From: Candidatus Omnitrophota bacterium
Lineage (GTDB): Bacteria; Omnitrophota; Gorgyraeia; Duberdicusellales; 4484-171
DNA: 64,000 nucleotides
Assembly: GCA_043823745.1 (NCBI GenBank)
Contig: JBDRAN010000048.1
Location: forward strand, 896-64,895
Direction of reading: 5' to 3'
Shown here: piece by piece, positions 7,346 through 16,966 of the stretch
Numbering within the stretch: the first letter of the stretch is position 1
Layout of the letters: every line of letters begins with the position of its first letter
Notes under the pieces: generated by a model
Databases searched by the model: none
Seen by the model: the letters and a program-made list of their open reading frames with translations, nothing else
Told to the model about the DNA's origin: nothing
Made by a program: the position numbers and the translations under genes

Positions 7346-8872
7346 ATGAAAATACTTCTTATTTCTTTTCAACCTGGGCTCGAAACCATTGGGCTGCGGC
7401 ACCTTCATTATTTTCTTCTTAAAAATGGCCACGACTCTGCAATCCTTTATCTTTCGATGTTCAAGGGAAATAATTTCAGAGAAAGTGAAAGCTTGCGGCG
7501 ATTTGTGCAAGAAATGAATCCGGGCTTAGTGGGAATCAGTTTAATGAGCACAGAGTATCATGCTGCCCGTGATGTAACCATGCTCCTTAAGGATCGCCTG
7601 GGTTCGGTACCTGTTATCTGGGGTGGTATTCACCCAACGTTATCTCCGAACGAGTGCTTGGCTTATGCCGATTATGTTTGCATGGGGGAAGGAGAAAAGA
7701 CGCTTCTGGACATTGCAAACGCCCTCGATCGAGGCCTCGATTTAAAAGATATATGCAACCTTTGTTATTTAGATAAAACAACTATGATTAAAAACAGCCT
7801 TTACCCGTACATTAAGAATTTAGATGACTTACCGTTATGTGATTGTATTCCCGTCAATAGCTTTATTTTTACGGGCACCAGGATAGAAAAACTGGGCAGG
7901 AAAAATTTTTCTCGATTCGCCCGGTATTCAGGAAGAGTTTACAGCATAATGAAAAGCCGCGGATGCCCTTTTTCGTGCAGGTATTGTTGCAATAACGCCC
8001 TTCGGCGCATATACACTGATAATCCAATACGAATGCGAAGTGCGGAAAATGTTATCAAAGAGATTGAACACGTTTTAAGGGATTGTCCTAAAATTGAGTA
8101 CATCAACTTTCAGGACGATTGTTTTTTGGCATCTCCGGAAAACGAACTTCGCGAGTTTTGCGACCTGTATAAACAAAGAGTTAAGAAGCCGTTTGTAATA
8201 AGGGCTATTCCTACATTCGTTACAAAGGATAAGGTCAAGATGCTTCAAGGAGCTGGTTTGTCGTGGATGATGGTAGGCTTACAGAGCGGAAGTGATCGTG
8301 TTTGCAAAGAGGTTTACAAGCGTCATATATCGAGGTCTGATTTTTTTGAAACGGTTACGATACTTAACGATTGCAATCTGCCGGCGACCTATGATGTTAT
8401 AACAGATAATCCTTTTGAAACTGAGCGTGATAAGCTCGAGACAGTAGAAACGCTTATGAAGCTGCCGAAGCCCTTTTATCTTCAATGCCTTTCGTTGGTT
8501 TTGTATCCCGGAACTGAATTATTCGAGGAAGCGCAATCTGCGTTCCCTCAGTACTGTGAGCAATATTATACCAAGGATTATCAGATTACCTGCCGGGACA
8601 GAGTAAATGACCTTATCAGAATTGCCGCGTTTGTAGATGAGGCGTGGATGAATAGAATACTTTATTTTTACCGGAAAAATAAAAATGGCGCCAGATTTAA
8701 AATTTTCTTGTTTTTAACGAATCTAGTCACTATTTTTGTTTTACAGCCCATCGTGTACTTTAAAATGCTGAAACTTTCCCAGGGGCAGTCGTATACGAAA
8801 GCTTTGCGATTAATATCGATATATATTAAAGAATGGTTAGAGCGTTATTTGAATCAGTTAAAGAATGCTTGA
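7346..8872 (+). CDS. B12-binding domain radical SAM protein (class B rSAM)
   Basis: N-terminal Rossmann-like B12-binding region followed by a CPFSCRYC CxxxCxxC radical SAM motif. 508 aa. Confidence 0.55.
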   Translation: MKILLISFQPGLETIGLRHLHYFLLKNGHDSAILYLSMFKGNNFRESESLRRFVQEMNPGLVGISLMSTEYHAARDVTMLLKDRLGSVPVIWGGIHPTLSPNECLAYADYVCMGEGEKTLLDIANALDRGLDLKDICNLCYLDKTTMIKNSLYPYIKNLDDLPLCDCIPVNSFIFTGTRIEKLGRKNFSRFARYSGRVYSIMKSRGCPFSCRYCCNNALRRIYTDNPIRMRSAENVIKEIEHVLRDCPKIEYINFQDDCFLASPENELREFCDLYKQRVKKPFVIRAIPTFVTKDKVKMLQGAGLSWMMVGLQSGSDRVCKEVYKRHISRSDFFETVTILNDCNLPATYDVITDNPFETERDKLETVETLMKLPKPFYLQCLSLVLYPGTELFEEAQSAFPQYCEQYYTKDYQITCRDRVNDLIRIAAFVDEAWMNRILYFYRKNKNGARFKIFLFLTNLVTIFVLQPIVYFKMLKLSQGQSYTKALRLISIYIKEWLERYLNQLKNA

Positions 8873-9270
8873 TCATTAACAGATTTGGGGCGGGGATTGA
8901 TTTCAGCTCACTAGGAAGTTATCACCTCTTTTCGCAAAATATAGAGTTTGTCCTTGCTAAGTTTAGATGCTAATACTGTATTCAGGCTTCCTCGTATTCC
9001 TGTTGATTAAAAAAGTGTTCGGTTGTCCTGTTGCGTTTATACGTGCCTTCCTTTTTTAAAATAACACTGAAAAAAACAGGTTTGGGTCGATGCTCGTACA
9101 TCACGGTATGATATGATAGCGCATCGTCAGGATAGAGGCTTAAGGGTTTGCTGTGAGATCGATAAGCTTTGTGTAAGGCAGCTCGGCTGAGGCTTTTTTA
9201 TTCGAGAGATTTATCGTATAGAGACGCAGAATGTCGGTACATAAGTTTACCCTGTGTTCCTTGGCGTGGA

Positions 9271-9316
9271 CTTTTGACTTTCAAACCTCCTGTGATACTA
9301 TATTGTAGAGGGTTTG
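9271..9316 (+). promoter_or_regulatory. conserved promoter module, copy 2 (TTGACT...TGaTACTATATTGTAGAGGGTTTG)
   Basis: Near-identical to 3062..3108. Lies about 55 nt upstream of the PAS gene start. Confidence 0.5.
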
Positions 9317-9373
9317 CACCTATAACTATGGCGGCATTACAACATATGTCTTACCATACAATGGAGCGATGTG

Positions 9374-9916
9374 ATGGAAAACGAAGAAAAAGATAAACAT
9401 CAGGAAATCAAAGAGGCGCGCGAATACGCGGAATGCATCATTAACACCCTTCGTGATCCTTTATTGGTTCTTGATGGAGATTTAAAAATAATCTCTGTAA
9501 GCCGTTCTTTTTACGATATCTTCAAGGTAAAACCTGAGGAGACTATCGGCCGGTCTATCTATGATGTAGGAGGTCGTCAATGGGACGTTCCTAAGCTGAA
9601 AGAGTTATTGGAGGATATACTTCCAAAAAACACCAGCTTTGATAATTTTGAAGTTGAACATGAATTTCCGGGCCTGGGCACGCGCACGATGCTTCTTAAC
9701 GCCCGGCAGATCCCCAGACCGTCAGGAAGACAAAGTATAATTCTTCTTGCTATCGAAGACATCACTGAGTCAAAAAAGATATTAGACGGGCTCCGCGAGG
9801 AGATACGGCGGTTAGAAGTATTGCAAAGGACAGCGTTAGGGCGAGAACACGTTGTGTTGGAATTAAAAAGGAAGGTAGACGAACTGGAGAGAAGGATATT
9901 GCGGAGACATATATAA
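9374..9916 (+). CDS. stand-alone PAS domain sensor protein with C-terminal coiled coil
   Basis: The IINTLRDPLLVLDGDLKIISVSRSFYDIF...GRSIYDV PAS fold signature. C-terminal heptad-rich region. Confidence 0.5.
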   Translation: MENEEKDKHQEIKEAREYAECIINTLRDPLLVLDGDLKIISVSRSFYDIFKVKPEETIGRSIYDVGGRQWDVPKLKELLEDILPKNTSFDNFEVEHEFPGLGTRTMLLNARQIPRPSGRQSIILLAIEDITESKKILDGLREEIRRLEVLQRTALGREHVVLELKRKVDELERRILRRHI

Positions 9917-10057
9917 CTTCATTTTTGCTTGCCGGCAGACCGGCAAAATATTTGTGTAAAATTTTTGTCCGGAGTATAATAAAAAAACGGAAAAGGTATG
10001 GGCGAGAATGTAATAAGTGAAATTTTTATCTCTCTAAATTCATAGCGAGAGACATAA

Positions 10058-10090
10058 AAAACCCTGATTATTATCGATCAGGGTTTTTTA
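10058..10090. terminator. bidirectional rho-independent terminator (ccctgat-tattatcg-atcaggg flanked by A and T runs)
   Basis: Perfect 7-bp stem with aaaaaa upstream and tttttt downstream. Sits between convergent genes. Confidence 0.6.
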
Positions 10091-10125
10091 CCTGATTGTT
10101 TAGTGTATAGGGGGCAATAAGCCGT

Positions 10126-11571
10126 TCATTTATACAGTTGAACAAGATTGGATCCGAGTTTTTTTGTTTTATACATCACCATTACATTCATGATATCCTT
10201 TTTCTTATTTGGATCATAACGAAATCCATCAAAATCTATTATAATTTCTTTCCCGCTGGACAAGTGCCGGTCAACAATTTTTCCTAAATTTTCATGGGGC
10301 CAACGCCACCCAGACCAAATTAACCTTTTTTTTGACTTGGTTAAAGGGATATAGTAATGTCCCATGAGCGCACTGCGATCTCCTATGATAAAAACGGTAT
10401 TCTCAGGGAAACTGTTCAACAAATTTAAACCGTAATCCTGCAAAAATCTTGAATATTCTTTGTCCCGCATCAAGGGCCGGTAAAAATTAGCAAAATTGAA
10501 GACTATAGTGGATATTAAAAAAATATAAAAGAACAAAAATGAATGCTTTTTGGAAAATCTTAGGATACGTTTTGTGTATTGCGCACTATAGAAGAAGCAG
10601 TAAGCGGTTAAAATAGATAGGGAGATATATCCAAATACGAAATACCGGTTATGCATGTTCCCGAAAAATGAAAATATGATGTTTGGGATAAAGAACGCAA
10701 GAATAACGAGGAGTTTCGCGAACTGCTTTCTGAAGAATAATAGAGCGAGACCTGCAAGAGGAAATAATAAGATACCAAATCCGAACTTCGTGATGTCATA
10801 TACTTTCCGCCAGTGATTAAAATGCAACTTATTATGAAAAGAAACATAAATGATTTCTTGGGTATACCTATTACCGCCTTTAAAATAGAAATAAAAAGGT
10901 ATTATGAGCGCCGTCACAAGAAAAATCAGGATAAACAAGAGATGATGTTTAATATTAAAATATTTTGATTTACTCCGGGTAATAAGAAACGCGGGGAATA
11001 AGAAGATTGAGAATATAGCCGTCTCCCTAACCTCAAAGGCATAGCCGAAAATAAACGCCGAAAGATAAAAATAGAATACGTTTTTTTTGTTAATTGCCGT
11101 TATATAGCAGAAACTACTCAAGATGATCATAAAAATCATCATTGGTTCTGTTAGGGTATTTCCTGCTAATCCTATAAAATCTTTTGAAAAAAGGAGAATA
11201 ATCGCGCTTGCAAGAGCTATGAGCTTGTTTCTGGTTATTCTTCTGGCAACGAGATATACAAGAGCTATTGTTAGAGAGGAAAATATGAGATTGGTTAGTA
11301 TGATTACTTGATGAAACTTCAAGATTGGCATTTTTAAGAATCGGTAGCAAAATTGCCAGATCGGTACAAAAAAGTAAATAAATCCGGGCCTGCCAAGGAG
11401 TAGTCCGCTTCTCGAATGAGCATAAATATCTCGGATGTATCCAAAACTATCCCACTCTCTCATGAAATCAAGTTTAAAATAATAGAAAAGTAGAAATGAA
11501 AAAATAGCCAGAAGTATTGTCAATCGATTATGCGTTAAGAAGACGGAGATATTTGATTTTTGAGGACGCAT
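10126..11571 (-). CDS. GT-C fold glycosyltransferase-like polytopic membrane protein (PMT_2/DUF2723-like)
   Basis: 481 aa, AT-rich, about 12 TM segments, with acidic loop motifs (REWDSFGY, EVRETA) like GT-C transferases. Confidence 0.4.
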   Translation of the reverse strand: MRPQKSNISVFLTHNRLTILLAIFSFLLFYYFKLDFMREWDSFGYIRDIYAHSRSGLLLGRPGFIYFFVPIWQFCYRFLKMPILKFHQVIILTNLIFSSLTIALVYLVARRITRNKLIALASAIILLFSKDFIGLAGNTLTEPMMIFMIILSSFCYITAINKKNVFYFYLSAFIFGYAFEVRETAIFSIFLFPAFLITRSKSKYFNIKHHLLFILIFLVTALIIPFYFYFKGGNRYTQEIIYVSFHNKLHFNHWRKVYDITKFGFGILLFPLAGLALLFFRKQFAKLLVILAFFIPNIIFSFFGNMHNRYFVFGYISLSILTAYCFFYSAQYTKRILRFSKKHSFLFFYIFLISTIVFNFANFYRPLMRDKEYSRFLQDYGLNLLNSFPENTVFIIGDRSALMGHYYIPLTKSKKRLIWSGWRWPHENLGKIVDRHLSSGKEIIIDFDGFRYDPNKKKDIMNVMVMYKTKKLGSNLVQLYK

Positions 11572-11804
11572 ACGTTTTATTATATAGTGACGCGGAAGGT
11601 TAGTAAATAAATTTATGCAGATTGTGTAGCTCTCAAGTCCACAATTTTTTAAAGAGTTGCGTTGTTAAGTTTAAAAGATTGATTATGGGGCCTTAGTGAA
11701 GTTTGTTAAGCGCTCATTATTATATGGTATAATAATTTGCACGCTAGAGTTTACTATTTTCCTCAGTTATTACCGTAAAAGTTGCAGCCCTGGCCTAGAG
11801 GTTT

Positions 11805-12446
11805 ATGAATACGTACGTGCGTGTTAAGGAGGACGAAGGTTTTTTTGCAGCGGAGCATGTCCATCAAAGGGCTATCGAGGTTAATCGAAACAACCGCGGC
11901 CCTCTACTGCGGCATTTGATTAAAACAGAACAATGGGCCCAGGTGTTAATTTTTGTATCCAGTATCAGGGATGCGGATATTCTGGCCGCAAGATTATTAA
12001 ATGCGGGTATTGAAGCGAATGCGTTTCATGGGGCCCTGACCCAGACCCAGAGAATTGAAGTTTTACATAATTTTAAAATCAAGAAATTCAAATTCTTGGT
12101 GGCGACCGATATCGTGACGCGCGGGATCGATATTGATAAAGTGTCCTGCGTGGTTAATTATGATCTGCCGCGCTCCCCGGGTGATTATCGTCATCGTATC
12201 GGGATGGCAACCGGCGCAGGCGAAAGGGGAGTTGTTGTTTCCTTTATCGGCCACCAAGACCAGCATCATTTTTCGCTTGTTGAAAAAAGGAACCATATCC
12301 GTTTGCCCAGAGAAAGTATTAAAGGTTTTGAATTAACCGGTGAGCCGATCCTCAAAGAAAAAGGCAAAGCTCCGGTTAAAGGGCACCGCATGAGCAAAAA
12401 AGACAAGGCGCGGGCATTGGCCCTTAAAAAAGGAGAAATGGTTTGA
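11805..12446 (+). pseudogene. DEAD-box helicase C-terminal (HELICc) domain fragment; N-terminal RecA1/DEAD domain missing
   Basis: Contains motifs IV-VI (VLIFVSS, ATDIVTRGIDI, HRIGMATGAG) but has no Q-motif, Walker A or DEAD box. An in-frame stop lies 9 nt upstream of the first ATG. Its stop overlaps the start of the full DbpA-like helicase. Confidence 0.5.
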
Positions 12447-13828
12447 GAACGTCTAAGGAATTTAGGAATTTAGGTTTTAGCCAGGACGTTTTGGCTAACT
12501 TGGAGGCTTTGGGGTATTCTCACATGATGCCCGTTCAGGAGCAGTCCCTGCCTTTTATTTTAAAAGGCAGGGATCTTATCGCTCAGTCTAATTCAGGCAG
12601 CGGTAAGACCGCAGCCTTTGGTTTAGGGATTTTGTCTAAGATAGATATATCCGACCATCGTCCGCAAGCTCTGGTGCTTTGTCCGACAAGAGAATTGGCT
12701 CAGCAAATTTCTGCTGAAATTCGTCGGTTAGCACGCTCGACCAGTAATATTAAGATCGTGTCACTGTACGGTGGAGTGGAAGAAAAACATAAGGCCAAGT
12801 TTTTAGAGCGCGGCGCTCATATCGTGGTAGGCACTCCCGGGCGCATCAAGAAGCTCTTGGAAAAGAAAGAGCTTAATCTGGATGCGGTAAAAATGCTGGT
12901 GCTCGATGAGGCTGATCGCATTATGGAGATGGGCTTTATCGATGATATTAACGCGATTGCCGCGCTTACGCCACTTAGCCGCCAAACGCTTCTTTTTTCA
13001 GCGACTTTTCCCCATGGGATTAAAAAATTAAGCGCTGCGTTGCAATCAGACCCTGCCCAGGTGACTATTGATTCTCAGCACGAGCAAAGTACGATCAAAC
13101 AGTTATTCTTTCGGGTCCAAGGAGAAGCCGCTAAACCAGAAGCGTTAAGGATAGTACTGGGGTATTATCGGCCGGAATCAGCAATTGTTTTTTGTAAAAA
13201 CAGGGCAGTTTGCATCGAGGTGGCCGATCTATTGAGAAAAGAAAAAGTAAGTTCCCTTGAAATTCATTCTGATTTGGAGCAGCAAGATAGGACGCTGGTA
13301 TTGACTAAGTTTGCCAATAAAAGTTGCGGTATCCTGGTAGCCACCGACCTGGCTTCACGGGGTTTAGATATTAAGGATGTCGGAGCAGTCATTAATTATG
13401 ATTTACCCCAAGATCATGAGTTGTACGTGCATCGGGTCGGCCGCACGGGGAGGGCCGGCAAGGAAGGGTTATCGTTAAGCTTTTTTACCGATAAGGAGCA
13501 GCCGCTTCTTGAGATACTTGAGAAATATTTAAAGACGCCGTGTGCGCGAGTGGAATTAGGATCATTAAAAGTGGAAAAAGCTTTTACCCTCAAGTCGCCT
13601 ATGGTGACCATGTATATTAGCGGCGGTAAAAGGGATAATATGCGCCCCGGAGATATTTTAGGCGCTTTGACCAAGGATGTGGGCCTGAAAGCCACGGATG
13701 TCGGGCAAATCAATATCTTTGAAGTCAATAGCTATGTGGCTATTGCGTCCGATCAAGCCCAGAAGGCAATTAATACTCTTGTCGCGGGAAAGATCAAGGG
13801 TAGGAAATTTAAGGTAGGAAAAGCGTAG
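12443..13828 (+). CDS. dbpA: ATP-dependent RNA helicase DbpA-like (DEAD-box with C-terminal DbpA RNA-binding domain)
   Basis: Q-motif, SNSGSGKT, DEAD (LVLDEADRIM), SAT and HRVGRTGRAG motifs, plus a C-terminal DbpA RBD. 461 aa. Confidence 0.65.
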   Translation: MRTSKEFRNLGFSQDVLANLEALGYSHMMPVQEQSLPFILKGRDLIAQSNSGSGKTAAFGLGILSKIDISDHRPQALVLCPTRELAQQISAEIRRLARSTSNIKIVSLYGGVEEKHKAKFLERGAHIVVGTPGRIKKLLEKKELNLDAVKMLVLDEADRIMEMGFIDDINAIAALTPLSRQTLLFSATFPHGIKKLSAALQSDPAQVTIDSQHEQSTIKQLFFRVQGEAAKPEALRIVLGYYRPESAIVFCKNRAVCIEVADLLRKEKVSSLEIHSDLEQQDRTLVLTKFANKSCGILVATDLASRGLDIKDVGAVINYDLPQDHELYVHRVGRTGRAGKEGLSLSFFTDKEQPLLEILEKYLKTPCARVELGSLKVEKAFTLKSPMVTMYISGGKRDNMRPGDILGALTKDVGLKATDVGQINIFEVNSYVAIASDQAQKAINTLVAGKIKGRKFKVGKA

Positions 13829-13899
13829 AATCGTGCGTAAGAAGTTCTTGTTTCACGCTGCAGATTTTACTATTTGAGAGCAACATTTCTAAGAAACCG

Positions 13900-14643
13900 A
13901 TGAAAAAGTTGGCCTATGCGATATCAATGGCGGGATTAATGATTGTTTTAAGTTCTTGCGCGCGAGCCCCCATCATGCCTGCGTATTCCCCCGAATCGAT
14001 TTATTCCAAGGTCCCTGTCCCCGTTTTAAGGCAGGACTTTTTTCATACCGTGGCTCCCGGAGAAACTCTGTGGCGGATCGGTAAAATGTACGATGTTCCC
14101 ATAAAGGACATATCATCCGCAAATAACCTGGAGTCAGAAGTTTTAGAAAAAGGTCAGCGTCTTTTAGTTCCTCATGCCGCTCCCCTTACCCCGGTCATTA
14201 CGCTGTACCCTTCAGGGAAATGGAAATACATTATTGTTCATCATAGCGCGACTGACGAAGGTAATTCTTTGTACTTCGATATGTATCATCAGAAGAAGGG
14301 GTGGGAGGGCATAGGGTATCATTTTGTGATAGACAATGGGACCAAAGAGAAACAGGATGGTCAGATCGAGGTCTCTCCCCGCTGGCTAAAACAACAAAAT
14401 GGCTCCCATTGCAGGGCAAGCAACATGAATAAAAAAGCAATCGGCATTTGCCTTGTAGGGAATTTTGATAAAGACGTTGTATCTTCAAAACAATTAGATG
14501 CCTTGGTTTATTTAGTACATACATTACAAGAATATTATAAAATTCCGCTTAAAAACATAAAGGGGCACCGGCATGTTTTGGGCGCTAAAACAGACTGTCC
14601 GGGTAAGAATTTTCCCTGGGCACGTTTCAAGGAAAGGCTATGA
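13900..14643 (+). CDS. lipoprotein N-acetylmuramoyl-L-alanine amidase (Amidase_2/PGRP fold) with LysM domain
   Basis: Signal peptide with lipobox LSSC, a LysM segment (ETLWRIGKMYDVPIKDISSANNL), then YIIVHHSAT...GYHFVID...CPGKNFPW amidase_2 motifs. Confidence 0.6.
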   Translation: MKKLAYAISMAGLMIVLSSCARAPIMPAYSPESIYSKVPVPVLRQDFFHTVAPGETLWRIGKMYDVPIKDISSANNLESEVLEKGQRLLVPHAAPLTPVITLYPSGKWKYIIVHHSATDEGNSLYFDMYHQKKGWEGIGYHFVIDNGTKEKQDGQIEVSPRWLKQQNGSHCRASNMNKKAIGICLVGNFDKDVVSSKQLDALVYLVHTLQEYYKIPLKNIKGHRHVLGAKTDCPGKNFPWARFKERL

Positions 14644-14678
14644 CGCAAATCCTTGATATCAATTCATTGACTAATACC

Positions 14679-14870
14679 GCGACTGGAGGACTCCTGTCCG
14701 CAAGAAGTGCAGAAATATTCCTAAATGAATTATAAAAGTAATTTCTGTCGACTGGAGGACTCCTGTCCGCAAGAAGTGCAGAAATATTCCTAAATGAATT
14801 ATAAAAGTAATTTCTGTCGACTGGAGGACTCCTGTCCGCAAGAAGTGCAGAAATATTCCTTAAAAAGTTT
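14679..14870. repeat. 69-bp tandem direct repeat, about 2.8 copies
   Basis: The unit actggaggactcctgtccgcaagaagtgcagaaatattcctaaatgaattataaaagtaatttctgtcg repeats exactly with period 69 (starts at 14682, 14751 and 14820). It contains the short palindrome AGGAcTCCT. Confidence 0.9.
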
Positions 14871-14876
14871 GACGAC

Positions 14877-15551
14877 ATGAGTATTTTAAAAAAATTTCCC
14901 CCCCTGCGCCTGCGTGAAAAATGCGCCGAGAGCTTAAGAAGTATCTTTATACAATATTTAAGGTTAACCAGGCGGGATATTGATTATTTTTATGACGAAT
15001 CTTTTGCAACTTCGTCATGGCAAAATAAATCGTGGGGTGATGATTTCTGTGAGCTTGTTTTAAAAACATTTCATCCTCAATCGGTTATTGATTTTGGATG
15101 TGGTACCGCTGACCTGTTGCATTCCTTCGAAAAGAAAGGCCTTGAAATTTTAGGAATAGACGGGAGTAGAGCAAATTATAATCACTGCTATATAAAAAAA
15201 GAGAACTTTCTTTTATTTGATATCCGAAATAAGCTTACGGGCAAGAAAAAATTCGATTTATGCATCTCGTTAGAAGTGGCGGAACACATTGAAGAAAAAT
15301 ATAGCCGCATTTTAATCAGCAATCTTGTTCAGCATAGCTCAGTTGTGCTCTTTACTGCAGCGCCCCCGGGTCAAGTGGGCCCTGATCATATAAACTTGCA
15401 ACCGTATGAATGGTGGATCAAGAGATTTGAGGCGGTCAATTTCCGGCTTGATACAATCGTGACCGAGCATCTTAAACAGGAAATGGTAAAGATCCCGGGC
15501 GTTCAGAATTACTATATAAGAAATTTGTTTGTTTTTAAATTGAATCTTTAA
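14877..15551 (+). CDS. class I SAM-dependent methyltransferase
   Basis: VIDFGCGTADLL motif I. 224 aa. Confidence 0.5.
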   Translation: MSILKKFPPLRLREKCAESLRSIFIQYLRLTRRDIDYFYDESFATSSWQNKSWGDDFCELVLKTFHPQSVIDFGCGTADLLHSFEKKGLEILGIDGSRANYNHCYIKKENFLLFDIRNKLTGKKKFDLCISLEVAEHIEEKYSRILISNLVQHSSVVLFTAAPPGQVGPDHINLQPYEWWIKRFEAVNFRLDTIVTEHLKQEMVKIPGVQNYYIRNLFVFKLNL

Positions 15552-15779
15552 TCCGGCTGCCGCCGGATAAAGTTTTTCCGGTGGTAACGCGAAGCATTGA
15601 TGTCATGGCGCCTGATGTAGCGGCCGCAGACGCATAAGGATTATTGAGCCTTTTATGCTTTTTAATTCTTTCCAATTTGCAATATTTTTTATATTCGTTT
15701 GTAGCCTGTATTTATGTTTTAACCACACGTGGCAAAATAAAATGCTTCTTGTGGCAAGTTATGTATTCTAAGGAGGTTT

Positions 15780-16427
15780 ATGGGGAGGCTTATTGAAAAA
15801 AAACTATTGTTAATTCTATTATTCGTGTTTCCTGCGTTTGCGTATTCTCAGGAGATAAAACCGGTTAAGCTTCCTGAGCCCACGACTCAGGGTGGGATGC
15901 CGCTTATGCAGGCATTGAAAGAGAGAAGAAGCACGCGTGAATTTAGCTCTCAGGAACTTCCGCCGGAAGCTGTCTCAGACCTGCTTTGGGCTGCCGCGGG
16001 GATAAACCGGCCGGAATCGGCGCACCACACGTCTCCCACTGCAATGAATATGCAGGAAATTGATATTTACTTGGCCCGGGCAGACGGCCTGTATTTGTAC
16101 AATGCCGCGGCTCATACGTTAATACCGGTGCTATCGGCAGACATAAGGTCTTTGACCGGAGGGCAACCCTTTGTGAAAGATGCCCCGGTAAATCTTATCT
16201 ATGTGGCTGATATATCCCGGATGAGTAAGATATCATCCCAGGACGCTGATTTTTATGCCGCAACGGATACGGGATTTATTAGTCAGAACGTGTACTTATA
16301 CTGCGCCTCTTCCGGCCTGGTGACGGTTGTGCGCGGCTTGATCGATAAGCCCGTTTTAGCAAAGGCGATGAAGCTGCGTCCGGACCAAAAGATAATTCTT
16401 GCCCAGACCGTAGGGTATCCGAAGTGA
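15780..16427 (+). CDS. secreted nitroreductase-family protein
   Basis: Signal peptide, then the MPLMQALKERRSTREF nitroreductase N-terminal signature. Confidence 0.45.
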   Translation: MGRLIEKKLLLILLFVFPAFAYSQEIKPVKLPEPTTQGGMPLMQALKERRSTREFSSQELPPEAVSDLLWAAAGINRPESAHHTSPTAMNMQEIDIYLARADGLYLYNAAAHTLIPVLSADIRSLTGGQPFVKDAPVNLIYVADISRMSKISSQDADFYAATDTGFISQNVYLYCASSGLVTVVRGLIDKPVLAKAMKLRPDQKIILAQTVGYPK

Positions 16428-16481
16428 ATGCCGACAGAAATGTCACTCTTTTTTCTCAAATAAAAGAGCAGGGGAGCTTTG

Positions 16482-16715
16482 ATGAATTTCGAATTGCCGC
16501 TGGCCGGCGATTTTAGCGGGGTTAAAATATTCGCCTGCATTATTTTCAGTACGATTGGGTTTGCCGCGTTTGTGTATGGTAAAAAAAACCAATCGGTGCG
16601 GCCTATGCTTATCGGGACTGTCTTAATGGTCTACCCTTATTTTTTCTCAGGAGCTCTTACCCTTTATCTTATCGGTATCGCTCTTACCGCGGCGTTGTAT
16701 TTCTGGCGGGAGTAG
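16482..16715 (+). CDS. small two-TM membrane protein
   Basis: 77-78 aa with two hydrophobic helices. RBS gggga upstream. Confidence 0.3.
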   Translation: MNFELPLAGDFSGVKIFACIIFSTIGFAAFVYGKKNQSVRPMLIGTVLMVYPYFFSGALTLYLIGIALTAALYFWRE

Positions 16716-16966
16716 GAAAGGGAACTCCCAACCGATACGGCCTCATCCGATGAGAGAACTCGCCCCTGACTGTTCGTCGCCGGCCGCTGTTTCGTTTGCT
16801 TGAGCGTGCGGCTTTATTGCTTTGTGTCGACGTAACCAGCCTCCTGAATAAAAATCCACATGTAGACTTTTTTGATGTATCGGGCGTCTAATAAGTACGT
16901 GGGCGCGATAAACTTTTACGTGCGTTTATGCAAGGCTTTGCCCGCGTATCAAAATAAGGAGGTCCG

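Noticed and set aside
9169-9396. 75-aa ORF upstream of the PAS gene
   Set aside because: It overlaps the conserved promoter module and the PAS gene start and has a Cys/Arg-rich low-complexity composition. It is probably non-coding leader.
14679-14870. Possible CRISPR array
   Set aside because: The whole 69-bp unit, including the would-be spacers, repeats identically. There are no unique spacers and no cas genes, so it is a tandem repeat, not CRISPR.
14627-14878. 83-aa minus-strand ORF with the internally repetitive peptide LADRSPPVDRNYFYNSFRNISAL x3
   Set aside because: It is simply the translation of the 69-bp tandem repeat. The repetition, the lack of an RBS and the intergenic position make it an artefact.
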